Assembly (NCBI GenBank): GCA_002104905.1
Contig: MCFE01000367.1
Span: 1-64,000 of the forward strand
DNA: 64,000 nucleotides
DNA from: Basidiobolus meristosporus CBS 931.73
Taxonomy: Eukaryota > Fungi > Basidiobolomycota
Direction: 5' to 3'
The notes beneath the pieces are model-generated. The model was not told the DNA's origin and ran no database searches. It saw only the letters and a list, made by a program, of their open reading frames with translations. The translations under genes and the position numbers were made by a program. Below are positions 24,601-35,599 of this stretch, piece by piece. Within the stretch, counting starts at the first letter, position 1. The number at the start of each line of letters is the position of its first letter.

Positions 24601-26795
24601 ACCTATTACCACTATTTTCTGACTCAGACCTGACAACACTCCCAGGAAACCACGCTGACAGCCAACTGACCTTGGAGGCACTACTTGTGAGGAATATGCA
24701 GAGTAGGTATATTTTATTATATTTGTTTGTTTTCCCAAGTTTGTTCTTGCACAGGCAAAGATACTTTTCAGTCTTTGTAACTATTGGTCAAAGCTGCATT
24801 CTTATCAAGTCCCTGTTGGTGGAGTTTACAGTTGTTTTGATTTTGGAAGCTTTAGTACATTGTCATCTCAGAGGACGTCAAAGCCAGTATAAACTTTTGT
24901 TAAGACTCCAACTAAGTTGGGGATTGTAGTTCAATAGTTTTCCCTTGACAAGCTTGAGGCTTTATCCCCCATCACATTAGATTAGACAAAAGACCCAGTA
25001 TTCCTAGCAAGCTTTTGCCAGAGGTTATTGCACCCAGTGAACACCCCACACACATTCACACTTGAGAAGTGTTGGCCGTATTTTGCCCTTTGGACTTATA
25101 CACCACCACACCGGTTGCCAAGTTTAGCTCTATTAAGACAGTTCCAGCCCTGGCAGCTGTACACAGTCTAGATCTACACCAAATGGATGTCAAAACAGCC
25201 TTACTAAATGGGGATTTGCAAGAAACTATATAGATGGAGGAACCTGAAGGTTTTACCAATCCAAAAGGCCCCATAAGGTGTGCAAGCTTAGAGAATTTTT
25301 ACATGGGCTTAAGCAGGCACCTAGAGCATGGTATAACAAGATTGACACATATCTAGAGGAAATTGGGTTCTCTTGTAGCACTGCAGATCACAGGCATATA
25401 TGTGAAACAGTTCAAAAAGGGTGTGATCATCCTAGTTCTTTATGTGGACAACCTAATTAAAGCTACTAGTGACCAAGAGACACTTAAACAGACAAAATCA
25501 GATCTCTTCAGCAGGTTTGAGATGAAGGATCTTGGAAAATTGAGCTATTTTCTTGGAATTGAGGTCAAATTTGACATACCTATTCAGAAAACTGTGCTGA
25601 ATCAGTCCAAGTACATCAGGGACATTCTTAGATGCTCCAAAATGGAAAATTGCAAACCTACAGCCACCCCTATGGACAATAACCTGAAATTAAGCAAATC
25701 TCAGACAGTCATAGATGAGAACAGCTCAAATATGGACCAAAACTTTCCCTATCAATGAATGATTGGTAGCCTAATGTACTTAACGGTGTCTACATGTCCA
25801 GATACTGCAGTGGCAGTTAGAATAGTCAGTCAATTCATGCAGAATTATGGATCAGATCAAATTGCAGCAGTTAAAAAATTTTCAGATATCTACAAGGTAC
25901 CATAAATATGGTACTGGAATACTCTGGAGCAGCCAATAGGCGCAAATTTGATGCTTATAGTGATTCAGATTGGGGTAGGGATCTGATTGACAGATGCTCT
26001 ACCACAGGCTATGTATTTCTTTATGCTGGTGCAGCTATTACTTGGAATTGCAAGAACCAACCAACTGTGGCCCTATCTACAACTGAAGCAGAATACATGG
26101 CTGCATATCAAGCAGCTAAGGAGGCTATATGGCTACAAAAACTATTCAAAGACTTGGGTTTTAACTCAAATGAACCAACATGTATTTACAAGGATTATCA
26201 AAGTTGTATTTTATTAGCTAGAAATCCTACTAATCATGCCAGAACTAAGCATGTTGATATACAGCATCACTTTGTGAGGGAACCTGTAGAAAATAACTTA
26301 ATAGAGTTATTGTACTGCCCAACTAACAAAATGGTGGCAGATATATTGACAAAACCACTTTCTAAGCCACAATTTGAGAATCTCAGGGAGGAATTAGGAT
26401 TAAGAAATTATTTAGTTGAGGGGGGGTGTTGAAATATTGGACTATTTGGTATTATTCTGCAGCTAAAAACTTACTTAGCAGTTCTGGGCTAGTCTTGCTC
26501 ACTGTGGGACTAATGTACAGCTCTAACTTTGCCACTTTCTTCAAATCTATGATCTTAAGATTATTCCCCTATAGTCAGGATCAAATTAGCACTGATACCA
26601 AGTATTATGTACTAACCCTGAAACTGTTACAGAAAGCTCTTGAATATTGAGAAGCCCTCCTTACTTAGCATTACAGCTGTATTACTTCTACAAAGGTATA
26701 AATACTGAGCTTCATTACTAATAAACAACAGCGCAACTATTATCACTATTTCTTGATAAGTTTCTTATATCCAAGTTACTTCTTAAATTGCAACA
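21657..26795 (+). mobile_element. Family B Ty1/copia with both LTRs (copy B2), internally deleted and frameshifted
   Basis: 369-bp LTRs 21657-22025 and 26427-26795; TSD CTATC at 21652-21656 and 26796-26800; PBS GGTTATGAGCCC 22026-22037; PPT GAGGGGGGG. Integrase 23129-23851, RT 25180-25760, RNase H 25908-26426; the N-terminal RT region is partly deleted. Confidence 0.95.
24032..25110. repeat. Solo LTR, family D (1079 bp)
   Basis: TGTAGTGG...CCACCACA; 4-bp TSD CCGG at 24028-24031 and 25111-25114; interrupts the B2 codons ETFAP|VAK. Confidence 0.88.
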
Positions 26796-27574
26796 CTATC
26801 TTGGCCCACTAGTACTATCTGGCACTATAAGTGCTTTGTATAGATCTTACTTTAGGGCTAATAATTAAACATAGTGCCAGACAGTATCAGTGGACCAAGG
26901 TAGTGCCATGCATTTTTGTGGCATGTTACAAGCCACAGGAGCTAGATTCAGAGTGCCATGGGTACCAAGTACCAGATGCATAACTTCAATCCTTTTGTGC
27001 TCTTACACATCCTTCACAACATTGACCTTAAAAAAAAGGTCAAAAAATGGATATTCTCCAGCACAATGGGTGAAACACAGGGGCTGCTTTGCATGAAGAT
27101 GCAGAGCTATGCTTCACACTCTGTGGCCAAGTATAGGTTCACTTGGCCTCCCTGGCACACTTTGGCATCATTAGGCACTCATGTCTCAATGTGGCGCTAC
27201 CCAATGGAACAAGTCTAATATATGATTTATTACTTCAATCACTTGCACTCTCTTGTACTGTTTAAAAAACTGCCCACTTGTATTTATATAATGTGCCTAC
27301 TCTTGTTTCTGTTTTTTGTCTTTGTGTTCCTACTGCATTCTCTTGTTCAGTGTCCTGGCTTTGCACAGTAAATACAGCAATCAGGTTTTCTTTGATTTTG
27401 CTGTTTTCCATTCCTTTCTTCTTGCATTTTAGAGCTAAATAAAGCATTATCTTCAATTTTCTCTGCTTGATCATATTGTCTGAGTTCTTCATGGAGGAGT
27501 GACCAAGACTAGTGCACAATTGTTGAGTAGATTTTTAGCTGCTGAATGATACCAAATAGTCCAATTTTGCAGTA

Positions 27575-28060
27575 GTGTCCTACCCAACCATGCATAGCTC
27601 AGCAAAGCACCTACTTATTGAGGCTGCTTTGCATCTAAATATCAAAGGCATAGGTGCCCCCATGTGCACATCTGTCCTCAGTATTTTCCAATTCTTCTGG
27701 GATGTCCTCTATGTGCCAACTGATCACATCAATGACAGACTTGTTAATGAGATTAGGATATAGTAGTACTTGCAACATAACCCATCATCCTATCTCCAAA
27801 CACAGCCACTCCATAAGAAACTCCTAAAAGGTGAAGTAAGGCTCAATATTCTCCACACACTAAACAAGATGGAGTAGAGAATGGATACTACTATAGCAGT
27901 GATCTACACATTTGGCTTCATGCTAAGAGTATAGCCACTCAAATTCCATCATAAACTCCATGCATAAAAGCTGCAGACACATTAACTTGGCATTGGTGAT
28001 ATGCTTCTAGATAAATATTGCTACAATGTCATTATATAACTCTCAATGCTTCTAATGTAC
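27575..28060 (-). pseudogene. tnp2/CACTA-type transposase remnant (DUF4218-like region)
   Basis: Collinear with 63400-63720 and with the reverse complement of 44640-45060. Confidence 0.7.
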
Positions 28061-28440
28061 CCTAAAAGAAATAATTGTGATTATCCTGTCAAAAGGCCAT
28101 CACAAAATTAAAGTCCTACGCCTAAGATGCATTGATCCCATCAGGACACTATGCAAAGACCACTGAAAAATAACTGCACCACATATTTCACAAAAAACTT
28201 GGGCAAATCTTTGATCACAACATATATGAGCTATTGCCACTTTTTCACACTCCCTACTTCTTGATCAAATTGATTATTTTGCATTTCATGCACACATATT
28301 GATTTAGTTGCATTAAAACCTTAGTTGTACAATAATTGCTAATTGTAATGACCTAGGCAAGTCCCTATACTCAACACTGACATTAACCAACCTTAGTAAC
28401 TCCATTTAAGTCCACCATTCATATGTATTTCTGTAGAAAC

Positions 28441-28961
28441 TGTTATGAATAGACACAAGGCAGGAGGAAAAGCTAGGCATGGCAGGAATGGACTTAGGTG
28501 TGGACCATCAAGGCAAGACAGGATTCAAGGCAAGGCTGTTTATTCAAGACCTGTGTTTATCAGACTGAGGAATACTTAAGGGGGGATAGGACTATATATA
28601 CTTGTTGGTTATACTGATGCCAAGAGATATTGGCTTATACTAATGGGGTTGTGGGGTGAGGCACAGCAATGGTGCTGGGGATAATGACATAGATGACACG
28701 GCACTGAGACAGGATGGGGAAATGGATTGGGTCACCTGATCATGTGGCTAAGTCATGTGACCTGATATTTCCATATATGGTACTGGACTATGAAAAATAC
28801 AATGGGAAGCTTACATGGAGTGTTCCATTGTGTAACAATGGTTTGGAATGGTCAGGAACTTTCTGGAAGGTGGTAGAAGGTTCCAGAAGGAATCTCTTAG
28901 AAATTGTGCTAGGAAGCTGAAACTTGGCATGGGTGTTCATGGTTGTCATGTGATCATGACA
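28441..28961. repeat. Solo LTR, family E (521 bp)
   Basis: TGTTATG...CATGACA; 5-bp TSD GAAAC at 28436-28440 and 28962-28966. Confidence 0.88.
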
Positions 28962-28969
28962 GAAACGCC

Positions 28970-30566
28970 CTTTTCCATGACTTCAGCAGGAACCCTATGG
29001 CTTTATGCCACTGTTCATTTTCTGATTCCCATACATCCTGGTCTTCAGCCAGCACTGAAAGGTGTAGCACCTCATCTGACAGTCTTTGCAATATTTTAGT
29101 GTTTTCTGAACACTGCTCTTAGAGGAGTATTGCCACCTCTTGGTGTGCCTATTAATGTTCTCAAATTGCACTCTAGGCATTGTGAAGATCTTTTGACTTC
29201 TTAGAATTGTTGCTTTGTCTATCAGTGGGATCTCCACTCTGTCTACAATGGAGGACATAGAGGCAGTGATAGATAAATTGCTTTCTCTGTAAACTCATCT
29301 ACCTCACTGGAGTGCAGCTAAACTGGCTGTGCTTCCAACTCTTGAGAAAACAGCTTTTGCTTTGCTGATAATTCTTCTAGGCTGTAATGAAATTCAGCCT
29401 GTTATGGGCCAACAGCATTGACTGGGGAGAACTGCTGCTTTTTGCTCACATTTCCCAGACTCTGGCTTGGCTGGACTTCTTTCTCTTACCCTTACCTTTG
29501 TCACTTCCAAGTCTTTCATTGCTACTTAAACTGAGTGTGTCTTGTATAGTACCTTGTGTGCTCCTTGATGAATACAACACTAGTACATCAGTATTGATCT
29601 GCTTATTCCTTGCCAGCCCTCTCCTAGCAACCTGGTATTTCTTTGCCACTTAATTGAAACTTCCAACCCAGCTTGTGATGGGCTCCTGAGAAAGCCACAG
29701 GTTCTGATAACTGTCAAGGTCTCCACTTATACTGTCACTGAGTGCTCCTGGCACTGAGCTATATTCTTCCCTAGATATATGCTGCACTGATGCATCTGTT
29801 ACTGCCTGCTTATCTCTGACAGGAATTCTGTTGGCTAGTTGATATCTCTTTGCAACTTGCTTGAAGCATTCAGTTCTGCTTGTGATGAGTTGTCATGATC
29901 TGCCACTTGAATGTTTAAGTTAGATCAGTTTTTAGTCAAATCAATTAGTTATATATTTTGGTTATCAGTATATCAGTGATAAATATCAAATCAGTAACAT
30001 TAGTCAGCAAATGAATCAGCATATCCTTATCAGACCAAAATAGATATTTTAGGTGGGGTCTTACTGGGTGATGATGATGCAATCAAATGAATCATCAGCC
30101 ACAGCCTACATTAGGAAATACAATTAGTCAGCAATTGATCTGGCAAAATGTATATAAGGAGCTGCTGGAATCTCAATAAAGATCAGTTCAAGTTTTAGTG
30201 AATACAATACTGGCTAAACTCCCTATTCCTCTACAACTCTTACACCAAGACTTGTAACAGAGCTCTTGAGGAGCTTCTGCTTCTCTTGAGATACTTTCTT
30301 AGCATATCAATACTGGCCCCAAATCTGCTGGTTTGGCTGAATGCAGAGTAATGTTTATAGCAAAAGTCAGGTACATACTGCTTGACCTTAAGTTCCCAAT
30401 AGTGTCCTGGCATGCTGGACTCACAATGATGATGCGCTAGACCTTTTGCATCCTTTGCAATATTAGCCTACTCTACATCTTCACACTCAACAGCTGCATG
30501 GATCATCAATGTCATATGATTTCTAGGCTTGGGAATATGCACCACAGACTCCCCCTCCCATGCTGT
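28970..30566 (-). pseudogene. ORF-X remnant, interrupted by a family C solo LTR
   Basis: MAKKYQVARRGLARNKQ ~ AKKHQVARGVPSRDKQ; MSSIVDRVEIPLIDKAT ~ MSSIVNRVEILLTDKAT; collinear with 58685-59970. Confidence 0.7.
29891..30259 (+). repeat. Solo LTR, gypsy family C (369 bp)
   Basis: TGTCATGATC...TTGTAACA; flanked by GAGT (29887-29890) and GAGC (30260-30263), a 4-bp TSD with one mismatch. Confidence 0.88.
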
Positions 30567-30859
30567 TGTTACAAGTCTTGGTATATGAGTTGTAGAAAAA
30601 TAGGGAGTTTAGCTAGTACTGAATTCATCCAAACTTGAACTGACTTTTATTGAGGTTCCAGCAGCTCCTTATATGCATTATGCTAAATCAATTGATGACC
30701 AACTGTATTTCCTTATGTAGATTGTGGCTGATGACTCATTTGATGGCATTGCCATCACTCAACAAGATCCTACTTGATACATCTATTTCTGTCTGACAAT
30801 GATCTGCTGATTCATATGCTTACTAATACTACTGATCTGATATATATCACTGATATACT
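30567..30859 (-). repeat. Partial family C LTR cut by the AGACTT element
   Basis: TGTTACAAGTCTTGG... matches 37307 onward and stops at gatatact|agacttgtt. Confidence 0.8.
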
Positions 30860-33430
30860 AGACTTGTTCCATTGTACCATGCCAGGGCGCACGGCACGAT
30901 TTGCGGTTGTAAAGAACAATTGGGCGTGATATTATAGCTACCAGAAGGCAGGATTGTTCTTGGACAATTTCGCACTATGCGGGACAATCTTGCACACTAT
31001 GGCACAATCTGACACAATGAGGTCGGCATGGATGATCACGCCAACTCGTAATGTTTGCATCACGTGCGCAATTGGATACCGCTATAATGGCAGGTAAAAT
31101 CCGGTATTTGGATATGTTTCTTTAATGTCAATGGAAATAAATGTGTATCAAACTATAAACTACACTGATACTTACCATTTTGGTTACCCTCACTCCAATT
31201 GGACGGTATCTCAGTGGTTAATTGGTCCAAAAGTATCCTGAAGCTGGCAGCCCCCAATTGGCTCATTGACTACTGAAAAAGCTACCTGATTTGCCATTAA
31301 ATATCCCATTTTGCCCATTGAGCAAGTAAATCCCTGATCCTAGTGATTGGACAAGGTGTCACAGCTAGCACGCAAGCAATTGTGTAGGTGCAAAACAGAT
31401 CCAATAGCTGCACTGATATTACAGATGACGTATATATATGCAGGGTGTTTATTTATAGGGGTTCTGTCTCAAATGTGAGAAGACCTTGATATTACTTATA
31501 TCAAAAATTTGATGATCACTGATTTGCAATGGCTCCATTTGGATCACAAAAAAAAAGGGTTGTTGGGATCATTACAAATGTAGGCAATTCAAAGCAATTG
31601 CATCATCTTCTCCTGGGTTTTTTTCTCACAGGGATTACAACTGAAGCATTTGGTAGTGACTCACTTTGCACACTTATACTACTTCCTGGCTGACTATCAT
31701 CTTGGCTACTTGTGTATTTGTAGTCAGTATTTTGCCTCCTAGTTGATGAGTGCAATGCTGCAGCTTGGCTGCGCTGAATTGCTCCAACTGAACCAGCCTG
31801 TAGTGCCATGTGCTGACACGTTCTTTTACTTGCCAAGGGCTCCAGTGGTTGAGGCACTTCATGTTGGTCATCATCAGTCAGTTCACCAGAAGTAACTTGC
31901 TGATGGTCAGGCAAAACGGCACACGCAGGCACGCCTTGACATGTTGAGATGGCCCTTGGCTGAGTTCCATGTGATGCCGCATGTTGACGCAACTTGGTCC
32001 GCCCCAATGGACTTGTGTCTAAATGAGCAGTTTGGCAAGTTCTTGTAGTTTTGCTCTGAAGTGCGCGCGTTGACCCACTGCGTGTTGACTCAACGTGGGG
32101 CGTTCTGGTAAAGGGTGTTGGTGTGGTCTGGACTGACGTGCACCGGCGCGCTGTGGTTGTAAGAGATGGTAGGGAATCCAGCAAGGCGTGCTGGCGCAAT
32201 CTGGACAATGTTGCTCACGGTCTGTATTCTTCCTCCTGAAGCTCACCATCTGATTCCTCAAGGTATTCACTTACCCTCTGTCTGATACTTTGGAGCTGTT
32301 GCCTGGATGAGTCCTGCGTATATTGCTCTCAGAAGCCACTTAGCTCTACTAATATATCACGTAGTACATTAGTCATTTTAGGCAAAAACTCATTCAAAAT
32401 CTCTTTGGTTCCCAAAGTTGAGGCACAAACAGACGCGTCCGGCCCGTACCATGCAAATTGCACGCAAAATTGTTCCAGCGCGGCTTCTTTGTCAAATCCC
32501 CTCACTCTCAGCTCATTCTTGATTTCAATACTTGTCTTGTTATATATCTTTTTACATAAACCAGCTGGCATCTTGATGTAGAGCTCATGCCGCAGCTTTC
32601 TACTCAAATTCTTCCATCTTTGTTGACTCTCTGAGGTATCTAGTTCTGCTATATTAATCAATAGTGTCCAAATATCTGTATGAAGGCTCATCATAGACAC
32701 TTGGGCCATACTAAAATCATTTGGCAAGAACTTGAACGGATCCAACATTGACTTCTCTAGTCCGGACCGTGCCTGTGAGCTGGGGGATGGGTTTTGTCTG
32801 GGTTGTACTAAAGATGAGTTGAGGCTTGGTATGGGGACCATAGCAACGGACTTGGATACTTATACAGCAGTATATTGGCATCAACCTGGTCTTATATGAA
32901 ATATATATGAAAACTAATGTGATTGTTGAATTTTCCATATATTATGCATGATGCATCTTGGATTGCGTTGACACGGAGCAGATCACATCAATTGCAGATT
33001 TCCTATTTGATTATAGACCTATGATTAAAGCATCAATAAAAGTACCAAGGCATTGTTTGCAGATGATTTTTGCGACATAATGATGGGATACATGGCAATT
33101 GATGGAGATTTAACCATAATGTATTAAAAATCAGATAAATAACGCGGATTGCGCCGAATCAATTCAAACCACCTCCATACAATCATCCATCAATTTTAAT
33201 ATTACATACTCATCTGAATGGTCTTTTCTCATCAATCCCATTACTACCACTGGATTTCCTTTTGACACACTAGAGGAGAACTATACCAAGTACTGTGGTC
33301 CATCTACCCCAATCTACTCAAGGAGATCCCTTGTTAAGCTTCTCTGCTACTACAAGAACTATTGCCCTTCAAGGTTTCATCCCACCACCCATGGCAACAA
33401 AAGTCCTAGCAGCCTTCATTCCCAGCTGAC
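30860..33430. mobile_element. Left half of a CpG-rich DNA transposon with AGACTTGTT terminus (PIF/Harbinger-like, inferred)
   Basis: Terminus AGACTTGTTCCATTGTACCAT matches the right end of the 211-bp element (rc AGACTTGTTTCATTGTGCCAT); GGCAC/GCAC-rich subterminal region; 32650-33170 aligns with 45430-46250. Confidence 0.7.
31603..32841 (-). pseudogene. ~412-codon accessory ORF of the AGACTT element, two TGA interruptions, basic C-terminus
   Basis: Track ORFs 32329-32841 and 31603-32208 are in the same frame, joined by 40 codons (EQYTQDSSRQQLQSIRQRVSEYLEESDGELQEEEYRP*ATL). Ends VRKKPRRR*. The N-terminus has a second copy at ~45430-45625 (MDPIPNLNSSLV...SLHTDIW). Confidence 0.7.
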
Positions 33431-33431
33431 A

Positions 33432-35599
33432 GCTGATATCCTTAAGAAAGACAATACCAACAAGTGGGACATAGCTTGTGAAACTGTCTTCCAGACACTC
33501 AAGAATGAACTTGCTAAGCTGCTAAGCTTAAGAATACCTGACTTCAGAAAAGAGCTTACTCTGTGCACAGATACTTCAGATTATGCAATTGGTGGAGTGT
33601 TGAGCCAAGAACACAAGGGAAAGAACTATCCCATTGCCTTTGAATCTAAGAAACTGAACTCAGCAGGACAAAACTATCCAGTGCATGAGAAGGAGAATTC
33701 TTGCTATAATACACTGTTTGAAGACATAGAGATGCTATATTGATGGAGTCAAATGCATTGTAAAGACTGATCATGCCTCCCTCAAGTATATATTTACTCA
33801 GAAGGTACTCTCTAGAAGAATGACAAGATGGAGTGAATACATTCAGCAATTTTACTTAGAGATTGTCTACTGCCCTGGAAAAAACAACACAGTTGCTGAT
33901 GCCTTATCAAGATTAGATCAAGTTGCACAACTCAACTTGTTGCATGAATCAGATTGGCCTAACCAATTACCAAAGTACTTGGAGGACCAAGCCATTCCTG
34001 ATGAGGTGGATGAAGATATCAAGAAGATAATCCAGGATGAAGCCAGCAAACTTGTAGTACAGGATGAGACACTCTACCAAATTATTGATGGAAGCACTAT
34101 TGCCTATTGCCCTTATGTTTCTTGCCTGGATTTGATACATAAGCTACAAAATGGATATGGACATCTTGGAATTGAAGGAACCAATAGCCTTGTGAAAGCC
34201 AGAGCATGGTGGCCCAGAATGTAACATGACATTGAGAAGCTGGTGAAAACATGCCCAAATTGCCAAATCAACCAAGGCCAACCACAGAGAATTGCTGAAC
34301 TCTTTCCCTTGGAGCCTGTACAACCACTTGAAAGATGGGGAATTGACTTTATTGAAAGACTGCCAACTACCAGGAAATGCAACTGTTGGATCCTAGTAGC
34401 AATTGACCATGTCATTAAATGGCCAGTGGCTAAAGCTGTACCTATAGCCAGTGAACAAGAAGTTGCTAGTTTCATCTACCATGAGATCCTTATGAAATTT
34501 GGATGCCCTGTAGAGATTCTATTCAATAGAGGTGCAAACTCTATGGCAAAGACATTGGAAGCTTACCTGGAAATGCAGCAGATCAAACACTTGAAAACCT
34601 TGGCATATCACCCCAGAACTAATGGAGTCACTGAACAGTTAAATGGAATATTTGGAAAAATCCTGACCAAGTATGCAAATGGAGTTGTCAGTAGATGGGA
34701 TGAGTATATAGACCAAGCACTCTTTGCATGCAGAGTCAGAGTACACAACACCACCCAGCAATCACCATTTTACGTTGTATATGGATGTGTACCAAGGATT
34801 CCAGGAGATCTCACACAACCAAAGCTTACAGATACCTTAGTAGATGAACATAGTCAGCTAAGTAGGCACCAGCAACTAGAACAAAGACATCAAGAGGCAC
34901 ACACCAAAGTTTCTCAAAGTGCAGAAAAGATGAAGCAGAGATATGATACAACTATAGCACCAGAAGCATTGACAGTTGGGAACTTTGTATTGCTGAGAAA
35001 CAACACTCAAAAGTAGTTTGAGCCACAATGGACAGGACTATTCAAGATCATCTGAGAATGTCAATTTGCAACTTGCCAACTGGTGGACAAACAAGGCAAT
35101 ATCTGGCAATACTTAGTGCATAGCAACAGACTCAAGCTTGCAAGACTTGCTGATAATACTGAACCATCAAGACATTGGTATCACAAGAAAGGAGATTCAG
35201 GAGAACCCTCTAAACTTTAGCAGGGGAGAATGTTATGATCTGCCACTTGAATGTTTAAGTTAGATCAGTTTTTAGTCAAATCAATTAGTTATATGTTTAG
35301 GTTATCAGTATATCAGTATTACCCATCAAATCAGTAGCATTAGTCAGCAAATGAATCAGCAGATCCTTATCAGACAGAAATAGAAATATTAGGTAGGATC
35401 TTATTGGGTAATGATGATGCAATCAAATGAGTCATCAGCCACAGCCTACATTAGGAAATACAATTAGTTGGCAACTAATTGGACAAGATGTATATAAGAA
35501 GCAGCTGGAATCTTAATAAAGATCAGTACCAGTTTTAGTGAATACATATCTAGCTAAACTCCTTATTCCTCTAGAACTCTTATACCATGTCTTGTAACA
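33432..35599 (+). mobile_element. 5'-truncated Ty3/gypsy family C copy (RT end, RNase H, integrase, PPT, 3' LTR 35231-35599)
   Basis: High similarity to the reverse complement of 37684-39470; PPT AGGGGAGAA 35222-35230; stops and frameshifts present. Confidence 0.92.

Larger units (their letters stand above)
21339..27216. mobile_element. Foldback MITE 1 (~734 bp without the inserted B2), AGACTT termini
   Basis: Starts AGACTTCTTCTGTTGG and ends CCAATGGAACAAGTCT; 3-bp TSD AAT at 21336-21338 and 27217-27219; the long arms are reverse complements; matches 60364-61309. Confidence 0.88.
18551..27572 (-). mobile_element. Old family B copia (copy B3) split by a MITE that itself contains B2
   Basis: LTR stub 18551-18578; RT 19200-19850 (WELVHLPNGRK..RCRW, LHQMDVK); integrase 20100-20800; protease motif split at 21338/27217 (YI|NSVASQHI); gag to ~27520; LTR stub ~27523-27572. 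Confidence 0.8.

Noticed and set aside
3505-28966. Identical TSD GAAAC for A1 and solo LTR E
   Set aside because: Different families and loci; expected by chance among about ten AT-rich 5-mers.
30860-33430. AGACTT termini as the ends of the tnp2/CACTA-type element
   Set aside because: The only links are a junction at ~45415 and a weak ~12-nt similarity at ~33238; the DDE_Tnp_4-like remnant is the better-supported partner. Not fully excluded.
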